DNA of 64,000 nucleotides, taken from Octopus sinensis. Taxonomy: Eukaryota. The notes under the pieces are model-generated. The model had not been told where the DNA came from. It did no database searches and was given only the letters and a program-made list of their open reading frames with translations. The stretch is taken from the NCBI RefSeq assembly GCF_006345805.1, contig NC_042999.1:111352001-111416000 (forward strand), written 5' to 3'. Both the position numbers and the translations under genes were made by a program. Shown piece after piece: positions 1 through 11,229 of this stretch (its first letter is position 1; every line of letters starts with the position of its first letter).

Positions 1-477
1 GAAAAAGGAATTGCATTCATTGTTTCGCAGATTCTCAAAAACCGGGGAAATCGGTGCAGGTGATGTTTAATTTCAACAACATGCAATGCAATGTAAAAGA
101 AAATCATGAAAATAGAAGAGTTTATGTAGAAAATTGAAAAATTGTTTAGTAAAGAAAATTCTATTGCTACTTGAATCATAGGTTTTAAATATTATGAGGT
201 GAGTTCATTTTCTTACTATATCATGTAATTCTTTATGGGCTTTGAAATAGGTTATAATGAAACGAAGCGGATCAAGCGAGCTGCAATGATTTTCTGAGGA
301 TGTGTAGGTGCATTATCTAAAAATTAGCATTTCACTATTAAAATACTGAATTTTTGCCTTTCCCTTGGATAACACTGGTGGCGTGGAGAGGGGAGACCCT
401 TATGCATGGGCAACTGCTAGTCTTCCATAATCTCGCACGAACTTGTGCCTCGGAGGATAACTTTCTAGGTGCAATCA

Positions 478-499
478 GATATATATATACATATATATA

Positions 500-565
<66 letters not shown>
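478..565. repeat. (TA)n microsatellite, representative of dozens of (TA)n, (CA)n, (TACA)n, (GATA)n, (AAT)n and (GTA)n tracts across the window
   Basis: Direct sequence. These tracts generate the IYIY/CVCV/YLSI/poly-I/poly-S ORFs in the supplied track. Confidence 0.99.
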
Positions 566-568
<3 letters not shown>

Positions 569-718
569 TGGGCATGTGGGTATGTCTGGTATGTTTGTCA
601 CCCACCACCATTGCTTAACCACAGGCGCTGGTTTACGTTACCAAGCCGACACACGCTACGCATACATACACGCACGCGCACAAACATATATGTGCATGTG
701 TGCATATATATATATATA

Positions 719-752
<34 letters not shown>

Positions 753-816
753 AACTTAGATAAACTTAGATATGGCGGTGCCCCAGCATGGCCACAGCTC
801 ATAAGCTGAAACTGGA
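566..816 (+). mobile_element. Remnant of SINE family 1 (3' body and tail) interrupted by microsatellites
   Basis: 566-650 resembles 3925-3975; 775-816 GGCGGTGCCCCAGCATGGCCACAGCTC..GCTGAAACT resembles the tail at 4031-4080. Confidence 0.55.
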
Positions 817-990
817 AAAATCAAAATCAAATCAAAATCATGTTTCGACCAAAGATTGGTCCAGGCCATGTCTAACTTATATATATATATGGATAGAAAT
901 GGTAAGACAACAAAAGATTGAAAGAGACCTCGATATTATGTAAATAAAGGAATTTATCTGTAAATATATGTGACAATTATTCGGTAGCGA

Positions 991-1053
991 TGATAAAACT
1001 CCGAATTTCGGATGTCGGCGTGGGAACCCACGCCAGCCTCTCTTCAGTTATCA
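991..1053 (-). ncRNA. Minimal type I hammerhead ribozyme motif (Penelope-type)
   Basis: Minus strand reads TGATAA (stem I), CTGAAGA core, imperfect stem II capped by GGCGTGGG/CCCACGCC, GAAA, stem III ATTC-g-GAGT, cleavage triplet GUU, then TTATCA (stem I'). Folded by eye. Confidence 0.65.
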
Positions 1054-1090
1054 GGCCAACAAATAAATGCTATCCATTTTTTTGATGGCC

Positions 1091-1153
1091 TGATAATTGA
1101 AGAGATGCCGTCGTGGGTTTCCGCCCCGACATACGAAACTTGGAGTTTTATCA
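1091..1153 (+). ncRNA. Hammerhead motif, second copy, with a core mutation (TTGAAGA instead of CTGAAGA)
   Basis: TGATAA TTGAAGA ... C GAAA CTTGGAGT T TTATCA. Same architecture as 991-1053 but C3 is changed to U, so probably inactive. Confidence 0.55.
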
Positions 1154-1185
1154 TGGCTACCGAATAATTGTCACATTATATTTAC

Positions 1186-1257
<72 letters not shown>

Positions 1258-1418
1258 GCATGTACAGCTGAATGCTTTTGTCTGCGCGTATATATCTGTT
1301 AGCATTTTCAAAGACAGTGACAGTTAACTTTCTTTTGTCCAATTAAAAATTATTACTATGTATGTCACCACGACCACCACAGCTATCATTAACTGCATTT
1401 CTCCTTACCCCCTTACCG

Positions 1419-1449
<31 letters not shown>

Positions 1450-1662
1450 TCTTTTTGCCCCTCCTCTCGCTGTACATCTTCGAATTTCGACTGAATCTTT
1501 AATTAGCAAAGAGTTCTTTTTTTCTTAGATTATTAATATTTCTTTATTAAATCCATTCAATATTGTTATTAAATGCTCACATATACATACGCACACACAT
1601 ATACACAGATCTATATAAACAGTATATATATAAACTTGCATAAATACACACACATGCCCGCG

Positions 1663-1758
<96 letters not shown>

Positions 1759-1974
1759 TGCATGTGTTTGATACGCGTGTTTAAATTGGGTTTTTCCTGA
1801 ATAACTGTTGTCCTTGTTTCGAGAGTCGAGAAGTCATATTTGTTTGGATTACTTTTGAGGTTATAGGCATGCATCACATTTTAGTATAAGAATATTTTAT
1901 TAATAAATAATACAATATAACAACAACAACAACAACAACAACAAAAACAACAGCAACAACAACAATAATGATAA

Positions 1975-2186
1975 TCTTTTCTACTGGAAGTACAATGCCT
2001 CAAATTTTGGGGAAGGGTTCAAAGCGATTACATCGACCCCAGTGCGAAATTGGTACTAATTTTATCCACCCGAAAAGGATGAATGGCAAAGTCGACCCCG
2101 GCGGAATTTGAACTCAGAACGTAACTGCAGGGGAAATACAGCAAAGCATTTCACCTGATGTGCTAACGATTCTGCCACTCGCCGCC
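1975..2186 (-). mobile_element. tRNA-derived SINE family 2, monomer
   Basis: Minus strand has a GGCGGCGAGTGGCAGAATCGTTAG A-box-like head, a GAGTTCAAATTCC B box and the conserved body GTCGACTTTGCCATTCATCC. Flanked by (AAC)n and (AAT)n. Confidence 0.9.
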
Positions 2187-2192
2187 CTAGTA

Positions 2193-2260
<68 letters not shown>

Positions 2261-2449
2261 CGTTGGTCTTAATCCCATTGACACTTTAAAACTTCTTAAG
2301 GCCACTGGAAATCCCATGCAAGATTGATGTCTTATAAAAAGCAGCCTTATTGGGCAGAGCGCACATCATATGTCTGAGGCCCTTGTTGTGACTTGATAGA
2401 TGACTAAAGGCACCAGTACATTTTTTATCCACGATGTGTTACGAAGGAA

Positions 2450-2717
<268 letters not shown>

Positions 2718-2720
2718 AAA

Positions 2721-2914
2721 TGTTTTATTATAGGCACAAGGCCTGAAATTTGGGGAAGCGGGCTATTTGATTATATTGACCACAGTACTCCATTGGTACT
2801 TATTTCATGGACACGGAAATGACCGTCAAAGTAGACCTCGGTGGAATTTGATCCCAGACCGTAAGAACGGACGAAATGCTGCTAAGCATTTTTGCCCGGC
2901 ATGCTAACGATTCT
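2721..2914 (-). mobile_element. SINE family 2, diverged monomer
   Basis: Aligns by eye to 1975-2186 and 32885-33090. Confidence 0.85.
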
Positions 2915-3553
2915 AACAATAATAATAATAATGCAGCTAGGAACAAAATTGTGGAAGTTATTTAAAAGGAAGCGAAAAATAAATGTAAAAGGTATGTATT
3001 TTATGAGTGTATAAATGTATATGAGATTTATGGGTGTATGAATGTGTGAGAGATTGTCTCTTAAACTATGTGTATGTAGTTGTTTATGAAAATTTGTGTA
3101 TAGTTGTATGAATAAATGCATATATGATTGTCAGTTTGTGCGTGTGAATATGCATGTGTATGCATGCCCTGTAATATGGTATGTCTAAAACAATGGAAAA
3201 ATGAAGATATCATCCAGAAGATAATTTATACGTAATTCTTATTCATAACCAGCCTGGTGGTGAATTGCTGCTTATATTCACACACACACATACACACACA
3301 TAAGCATGCGCCCTCTACACACACACACATATATATATATACACATATACATACATGCGTATATAAATTCAAATTTTCATATAAGGACACATAATAGCAT
3401 ATATACACACATATCGAATATTCAGATGTGCTCGTGAACACACGTACGTACACATAAAAATTTGTATACACAAATCTATTTGCACATGTACACACGCACA
3501 CACACACACACATACGTATATACATATAGATAGAAAGACAGACAGACAGACAT

Positions 3554-3663
<110 letters not shown>

Positions 3664-4079
3664 GTGGTTGTGTAGAGGCGCAGGAAAGGCTGTGTGGTAC
3701 GCAGCTTGCTTCCCGACCACATGGTTCCGGGTTCAGTCCCACTGCGTGGGAACTTGGGCAAGTGACTTCTAGTATAGCCTCGGGCTGACCAAAGCCTTCT
3801 GAATGGATTCCGTAGACGGAAAGTGAACGAAGCCTGTCGTATATAATATATGTAAGTGTGTGAGTGTGTGGTGTGCGTGTGTGGTGTGCGTGTGTGGTGT
3901 GTGTGTGTGTGTGTGTGTGGTGTGTGTGATTTGCTTGACAACCAATGTTGGTATGTTTACATCCCTGTAAGGAAGCGGTTCGACAAAAGTGGCTGATAGA
4001 ATAAGTCCTGGAGTCGATGTTTTCGACTAAAGGCGATGCTCCAACGTGGCCGCAGTCAAATGAGTGAAACAAGTAAAAG

Positions 4080-4080
<1 letters not shown>
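3664..4080 (+). mobile_element. SINE family 1, full length: tRNA-like head, CORE-like segment, internal (GT)n, CR1-like tail
   Basis: B-box-like GGGTTCAGTCCC; segment ACTTGGGCAAGTGACTT resembles the CORE-SINE motif CCTTGGGCAAGTCACTT; tail at 4031-4080; (GATA)n on both sides (about 3555-3663 and 4081-4170). Confidence 0.85.
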
Positions 4081-4144
<64 letters not shown>

Positions 4145-4489
4145 TATAGATAGATAGATAGATAGATAGCTAGCTATAGATATGCACGTCCACACATTCG
4201 ATCTATATTTTCATACTTATGAAACACATGTGCAAGTATGTAACAGTATAAACTAATTAATGTTGAATGTTATATGGTCTATATTGAACGTTGCATTTTT
4301 TTGTATAAAGACGTGTTTTATATGTTTTTACATGAGTTTATGAATATATAGTCTGCCTCTCTGTCTGTCTCTTGTTTATAGGGTCCCATTTAGTCATTCT
4401 GTACATTCCCTTTTGTGATAAATATTTCCGTTTTCTTTTCATACTATTAATATTACTACATTTATAATACATATATAATACATTTTTTC

Positions 4490-4587
4490 TTTTTCTTCTT
4501 CTTCTTCTTCTTCTTCTTCTTCTTCTTCTTCTTCTTTTCATCCACCTCCTCCTCCTCCTCCTCCTACTACTACTACTACTACTACTG

Positions 4588-4667
<80 letters not shown>

Positions 4668-4690
4668 GCTGCTGCTACTACTACTACTAT
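4490..4690. repeat. Compound (CTT)n(CCT)n(CTA)n microsatellite
   Basis: Direct sequence. Confidence 0.97.
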
Positions 4691-4719
4691 GACTAATTGT
4701 TTTCTTGAGAGGACGCATG

Positions 4720-4935
4720 GCTTACTTTGCTTCGGGCGACAAAACCACAACGAGTAAGGTTTTCATTGAAAGATGCACCGTTTTGCTAGTGTGCCTGCAT
4801 GATTTCACGAAACTGGTCCCAATGTTGGGATCAACTTTGGTAAATCTTTCAACCGAAGTAAAGCAGGGCTGGCACCAGGTCCTGCATTCTTGATACTTTG
4901 TTTTCCCAGGAAGAAAGAGGATTTCGCAGCGATTT

Positions 4936-4994
<59 letters not shown>

Positions 4995-5250
4995 GATCAA
5001 GGTGATATATATATATATATATATATACACTCTTAGAGTTTGCATGAAATTGCATTGCCAAAAGCATTGCAGGCTCTCCAAGATCAGTATCCTTGATGCT
5101 ATAGTTGTTCAGTTCAAAGTATTTCTTGTCGATGCCTTCTACAACCACGTAAGTATAGTTAGAGAAGGCCAATATCTTGATGTGAATGAATTTAGAATGT
5201 TGAACGAATGGATTATAACAGGATGTTGAGCGTATGGATTGTAACGAAAA
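4720..5250 (-). mobile_element. Decayed Penelope-like reverse transcriptase fragment split by (TA)n
   Basis: Minus-strand pieces across frameshifts: VIIHSFNILNSFT (cf. ILVSFDVxSLYT), KKYFELNN (cf. NNYFEFN), YLNRCEILFLPG (cf. RYxDDxFxxW), FTKVDPNI (cf. LNxxHPNI). They are in the correct order but very degenerate. Confidence 0.45.
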
Positions 5251-7964
5251 GTGAATAGTCGAGTGATGAGGAGAAGCTAGAATGGAAGAGAACATCCTCC
5301 TCCGAGCAACACAATTCATTATAGTTACGCTTAAAAAGACAGAGAGAGGAGACGACAGATTTGTGTACATGATACTGGGTCGTGTTCGTTTGTGACTGAA
5401 CATTAATTAGTTGAGCGGATCTTTTTCTGGATCTGGTCCAGGATGTCTGTGCGCTGTAGTAGGCCCATTCTACATACTGAAACAATACTCCATTATGCCT
5501 TGGAAAGTGTCAACAGCTTTTTGGAGACTGAAATATATTTTGGTCGTGAAAAGAAGGGCCGGTCTTTGAGATGCGGTCCTAGCAATGCTAGATATATGCT
5601 TTTGCCAATAAAGATCAATGATAATTGCAAGAAACAGCATGAAATTATTCATTATTTTATTTTCAAGAAAGTGACAGATGAGGTGCGATTGCATAGGAAG
5701 GTTTAAAAAATTGCGAAGAAAGCAATTGGATAAATGAAAAAAATAATGGTGTATATAATGTACACACACACACACATAGACACGTTTAAACTTTGCTGTC
5801 CAAATTTCGATCTACATCGCTTAGGTTTTGCTAGCATTGAAGCCAAAATCTTGAACTCTATCAATCAGCCACGGCTTATAAAGTATCGACAATCTCTTCT
5901 CTAATGCGTCCCTTTTACCACTGCACTTCTGCCAATCTGGTCATCAATTAGCTTTCGTTCCTTCCTGTCTGTGATCACGCACCTTACCTTTAGCGATGCT
6001 TCTTCCATTTTTTTTTCTTTTGCATTGAAAAAATAATCGAGGGTTATCCTCATTGTCACATCTTCCTCATCGTTTTTTTTTTTTTTCGGAATTGCTCCAT
6101 CCCGCGCCACTTCAAATCTATTTTCTCTGTCGTTGCTTCGTTGCTAAATCCTATTGACTCAACACTAATCGCCCTCATCAGACTGATTTTTCCTCTCACG
6201 TGCCGCTCAAGTATTTCACTAATGAAATAATAACAAAAATAATCATTGTTATTATAAACTTTAGACAACAATATAATTCATATGAAGTATACAAAGTGTT
6301 ATATGTGCTGCTGTTGTTTATTGTTGTTATATTGTGCTGAATATTTATTGCTATTGATATTTTTTCTTTTACTTTGATAGTGTAGTGTTTTTATTTGTAT
6401 TTTGTGGCAATAACAGTTGTAAGATGATAGTGCCGGTGTCAGATGTAGAATTGTCAACGAAGTGGAGGTTAGAAGGTTTTGATGGTGTCAGTAATATTGG
6501 TGACGGAGTTTTTATTCATAGTTTGCCGTTATCCTTGATTTCGAGATTGTTTTTATTGTAATATTTAATTTATTTGTCTTTATATTTTAGTATTTTAGAA
6601 AATAAAAAAGCAACGAAAATAGATATGCCATTGCATATATAATATTGATGCCTCTTATTTTTGTTTAATTCTTTATTTTTAGCGCGTTTTTTTTGCTTTT
6701 GTTTTGTCTGTTTAGTTATTAATATATTAAATACTCGCATGTAATTAATATTACTGAAGCACATATTTAGTTTCATATTGATATTGCAACATTCGTGAAC
6801 ATACCTAATTAATGATCATATACATTGTATGAAGCTTAAGATATTTTCTTTTTTTTTTCAAATGAAAGCAAGAAAAATATTGAAATGAAAGAAATTAGTT
6901 AATAAAATACCGGTTAAATGTAAACAACAAAGAAAAGAAAAACGCAGATAATCTTTCTCTTATTCCGTTACAAAAAATATTAGTAAATTATTGACTAGCA
7001 GAAATTTTTCAGATAAACAATATCTTGCAATTCAGTTACATTCGTTTTTTTTTTTCTTCTCTTCCTATTTAAATATTTATTTATTTTACACTTGATGGCG
7101 CCTGTATAAAATCCACGGATGACAAATGCTTAGTTTTATAGTAATTAAATGCGGCAAAATGTATTTAAAGGGATTAATTAAACAACATACACGTTGCTCT
7201 ATAACATTTAATAAATATGAAATATACATAAAATTATAATATCGACTACGTACAGTTTATATAGGGACAGTAACATTATAATCTACATGTCTCCTCAATA
7301 TTCAAATAAAAAAACGGCCTATCAGTATTTTAACAAAATTCGCTGATAATAAAAGTATTAGAACAACTAACGGAGTTTGATGGGCATATCAGGGGTACAG
7401 ACAAACGGAGAGAATGGGTGTCGTTGTTAATTATACAAGTAGATTATTAAATAATAATTCACTTCTCGATGGAAGCTCTATGACTTTACATAGCAGCCAG
7501 ATCTTCCTTAAATTACATTTTATCGTGTTAAAATTAAACATATAAGATTGCGTGATCCTAGATGTATTGTCTAAAGACAAAAGAAAAACTAATTATTTCT
7601 GGAATACTTTCGTTTATAAGGCTGCTCAGTTAGAGATGATCTTAGGCTAAGATGTAATAAAACATATTACTTTTTGACTTTGCTATATTTAGAAGCATCC
7701 TATGTAACATGGAAAAACAGTGTCCGGATCCTAAGATGAAGTTACAGATATGAAATCATGTATCTTGTCAGAAATGAAGCTGTTCTGTCATACAGAAGTG
7801 CAACATTGTAACAGGTGCATTACCTAAACAGACAGGAGGATTGCAATTTAACACCTTATAAAGCGAGTCCGTGTCACCTAGTGGTTAGAACGTACGAAGT
7901 AAAATAAATGTTAAAAAAAGAAAAAGAAAACATCAATAATGAAAAATCGCTACCCGTGCAGAGG

Positions 7965-8530
7965 AGCGCAAAACTCAATGCTAAGAATGAAGGATTCTAC
8001 ATTGCTGCAAGCTGTTAAAAAAATTCTTCCAGAAATCACCAGAATAAGTTACCCAACTGTAAAACATGCTTGGAGGTACGCAAACATAATTATCTATATT
8101 AATCCGGGCTGTCCAGTCTTAGCCAAGAAAGATGATATCTACAAGCATAACAGAGTGATAGCATACATAGGCAGGAAAAATATATAAGCAAAAAGTAGGT
8201 AATATATATATATATATATGTGTGTGTGCGTGTGTGTGCGTGTGTGTGCGTGTGTGTGCGTGTGTGTGTATGTCTAAAACGATCTAAAAAGCTGGCAGAG
8301 TGACGATGCTTTGCGATATAGCAGTCTTGGCAGAGAAGTATAAAAAGGCTAATTTTGTCAGTCCCAACCAAGAAAGAATTGCATCCTCATCACAATGTCA
8401 GCTCCAGCTCCAGCAGTCATTAACGTATTAATCAATGCAAAACAAAACACTGCATATAACAAAGAACAGAACTGAGCTCGGTAGTGACAAGAAAACACAC
8501 AACTTAAAATAGAAGTAAGACTACTGAACA
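7965..8530 (+). mobile_element. Highly decayed R4/Dong-type LINE 3' fragment
   Basis: LNAKNEGFYIAA and PGCPVLAKKDDIYKHNRV resemble LKAETEGFLIAA and SSCPVLAKKEYIHRHDRV of ORF 56209-57624. 8470-8530 (GAGCTCGGTAGTGAC...CTACTGAA) matches the 3' UTR at 55822-55870 (reverse complement). Confidence 0.65.
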
Positions 8531-8612
8531 ATTATAGTAGCAATAACAACATCAGCAGCTGCAACAACAACAGCAATAGCATTTGTAGTAATAATTATAA
8601 TAATAATAATAC

Positions 8613-8820
8613 CTTCTTTTATAGGTATAAGGACTGAGGTTTTGGAAAGGGTGCTAGTCGATAACATCATCTCCGGTGTACAAGAGGCACGTATCTGAGG
8701 ATCCCGTTAGGATGAAAAGTAAAGTTGATCTCAGTGAAATTTGAACTCGCAACGTAAAGACGGACAAATTGCTGCTAAGCATTTTGCCCGGCGTGCTAAC
8801 ATTTCCGCCAGCTCACCACC
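8613..8820 (-). mobile_element. SINE family 2, diverged monomer between (AAT)n tracts
   Basis: Head GGTGGTGAGCTGGCGGAAATGTTAGCACGCCGGGC and B-box remnant on the minus strand. Confidence 0.85.
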
Positions 8821-8821
8821 A

Positions 8822-8822
8822 A

Positions 8823-8895
<73 letters not shown>

Positions 8896-9009
8896 TTAAT
8901 AATAATAATATTACTAATAATAATAGTAATAATAATAATAATAATAATAACAATAATAATAATAATAACAATAACAATAATAATAATAAATATAATAATG
9001 ATAATAATA
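8822..9009. repeat. (AAT)n microsatellite
   Basis: Direct sequence; abuts the 5' end of a LINE fragment. Confidence 0.98.
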
Positions 9010-9438
9010 GGAAGACTGTATGTACCAAGAAAAAGAGGGGGAAGAGGATTTATCGGATGCGAACACAGCAATAGAGCTGAAGAAAACAACATAGTATGGT
9101 ATGTAAAAAATACCACAGAACCGCTATTATTAGATGTAAGAAGGTCAGGCTTTTGTAGGATGAAGAAATGCAAAGATAAAGCACTGTACAAGCAATTGAA
9201 AACGAATGAAACTGAAAACAGGTAGGTCAAGAAAAGAATGCATGGACAATTTCATAGGGATGTTGAAGATAAGACAGACAGAGAAAAAAGATGGCTGTGA
9301 ATGACTAAAAGTGATTTAAAACCGGAAACGGGGGCTTTAATCTGTACAGCCCAAGAGCAAGCACTAAGAAGAAACTACATAACATACAGAATAGACAACA
9401 CATCAGAAAATGGTAAGTGCAGAATCTGTGGACAAAAT
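9010..9438 (+). mobile_element. R4/Dong-type LINE internal fragment (post-RT region to CCHC finger), pseudogenised
   Basis: GRLYVPRKRGGRG...MHGQFHRD...LKPETGALICTAQEQALRRNY...CRICG with in-frame stops. Confidence 0.9.
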
Positions 9439-9978
9439 TAAGTTCCAGTTACGCACTGGAGTCGATGTAATCGACTTTATCCCTTTGTCTGTCCTTGTTT
9501 GTCCCCTCTGTGTTAAGCTCCTTGTGGGCAATAAAGAAATAAGAAACATCCTTCCGAGAAGGCGGCGAGCTAGTAGAAACGTTAGCACGCCGGGAGAAAT
9601 GCTTAGCGGTATTTCGTCTGCCGTTCTGAGTTCAAATTCCGCCGAGGTCGAATTTTCCTTTCATTCTTTCGGGGCCGATAAATTAAGCGCCAGTTACGCA
9701 CTGGGATCGATGTAATCGACTTAATCCATGTGTCTGTCCTTGTTTGTCTCCTCTGTGTTTAGCCCCTTGTGGGTAGTAAAGAAATAGGTATTTCGTCTGC
9801 CGCTACGTTCAGAGTTCAAATTCCGCCGAGGTCGACTTTGCCTTTCATCCTTTCGGAGTCGATTAAATAAGTACCAGTTACGCACTGGGGTCGATATAAT
9901 CGACTTAATCGGTTTGTCTGGCCTCTGTTCTTGTTTATCACCTCTGTGTGTAGCCCCTTGTGGGCAATAAAGAAATAA
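9439..9978 (+). mobile_element. SINE family 2 multimer: tail fragment 9439-9548 followed by a dimer at 9561-9978
   Basis: Repeated unit of about 200 bp, GTATTTCGTCTGCC...GTCGACTTTGCCTTTCATCC...TTGTGGG(C/T)A(A/G)TAAAGAAATA, with an internal junction at about 9775-9795. Confidence 0.93.
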
Positions 9979-10994
9979 GTAACAGTATTAGTAGCTATGA
10001 GAGCATCAACAGAACTAGCTTTTGGTGCTGTTTTCCCACTTTATTCAGAATTCATGTTCATCCTCTCTACTGTGTAAAAGTTTCGAAAATTTCTTTCTCA
10101 TTTGTATTTCTTCTTCTTGTTTTCGTTCTCCTTTTATTCTGTATCCTCCTCTGCTATATTCTCTTCACCTCTCCTCCCAATTACTATCATTACGTTCCTA
10201 TTCCTCGACATTGATATTATAATATAATATCATTTATGTATATATTTTTAGCTGGAAGTTCAAATTAATCCCGAAGATTCGTGAGTTTTGTTTAATATCT
10301 TCATGTAACTTGACTGAAAAAAAAATAGATTAAAAAAGAAAAAAGTACGAAAGAAAATAAAATAAAAGAATTATTAACTCAAATTATTTTTTCTGTTATA
10401 GTTAATGTTACGCTGAATGTTTTGGGGGAAGGGGCGTTCATTTTTGCTAATTTATTTTATTTATTTTCCCGATTCTTGTCACATACAATAAGAAACTAAA
10501 TATTAAACAAGCACAGCATCTATGACAAGAGCAACAGATAAAAAAAATTAACAACGATTCAAAGAATATTGAAATAGAAAAACAAAAAATGTTAAAATAA
10601 TAAAAAAAATCAAAGAATAACATAACTAAAATAAGGCAAAATATTTATGATACGACTCATACTATCTTTGAGATATTGAATTTGTTCTTAAATAACATTT
10701 AATTTCTATCAAAGACATGAAGAGAGTTCAGACTGATTGGTTCCAGTGGGGAGTTTTTCAAATTCTAATCAGATTAAATAAAATGTCTTCTATCGGAACA
10801 GCCAATCATGTTATTTTCTTTACGTTATCATTGGTGGGTTGCGGGATAGGGAAGCTCCTTATAAGACACACATACATTTAATTGACTTATTGAACAAATA
10901 TTGATTACTATTTGACACGAATGTATGAAAATGATTGTATATATATATATATATATATACATATATATAATATATATGTATGTATGTATGTATG

Positions 10995-11036
<42 letters not shown>

Positions 11037-11039
11037 TTC

Positions 11040-11070
<31 letters not shown>

Positions 11071-11229
11071 AACACATATATATATATGCATATATATATA
11101 CATATATATATATATACATATATATATACATATACACATACATATGTGTGTGAGTGTGTATGTTTGTGTGAGTGTGTGTGTGTGTGTGTGTGTATGTACA
11201 TGTATGTATGCATGGTTGTATGTATGTAT

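Larger units (their letters stand above)
955..1190. repeat. Inverted repeat with arms of about 104 bp (955-1058 and 1086-1190) and a 27-nt spacer
   Basis: Left arm TATCTGTAAATATATGTGACAATTATTCGGTAGC...TTATCAGGCCA is the imperfect reverse complement of TGGCCTGATAA...GCTACCGAATAATTGTCACATTATATTTACAGATA. Confidence 0.95.

Noticed and set aside
31-198. Plus-strand splice signals (acceptor at 30, donors at 59 and 199)
   Set aside because: The peptides are too short to evaluate and there are no linked exons; they may be chance motifs at the window edge.
4910-5148. Plus-strand exon-like pieces (4910-4937, and one ending at a GTAAGT donor at 5149)
   Set aside because: They lie antisense within the putative Penelope RT relic, and the peptides are uninformative.
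6120-6190. CTGATGA on the minus strand
   Set aside because: No stem II or GAAA partner.
7864-7895. tRNA-like 5' half (GTCACCTAGTGGTTAGAAC)
   Set aside because: No B box, T arm or acceptor pairing follows.
9439-9978. Regularly repeated units resembling a CRISPR or satellite array
   Set aside because: The units are about 200-bp SINE multimers without unique spacers, in a eukaryotic context.
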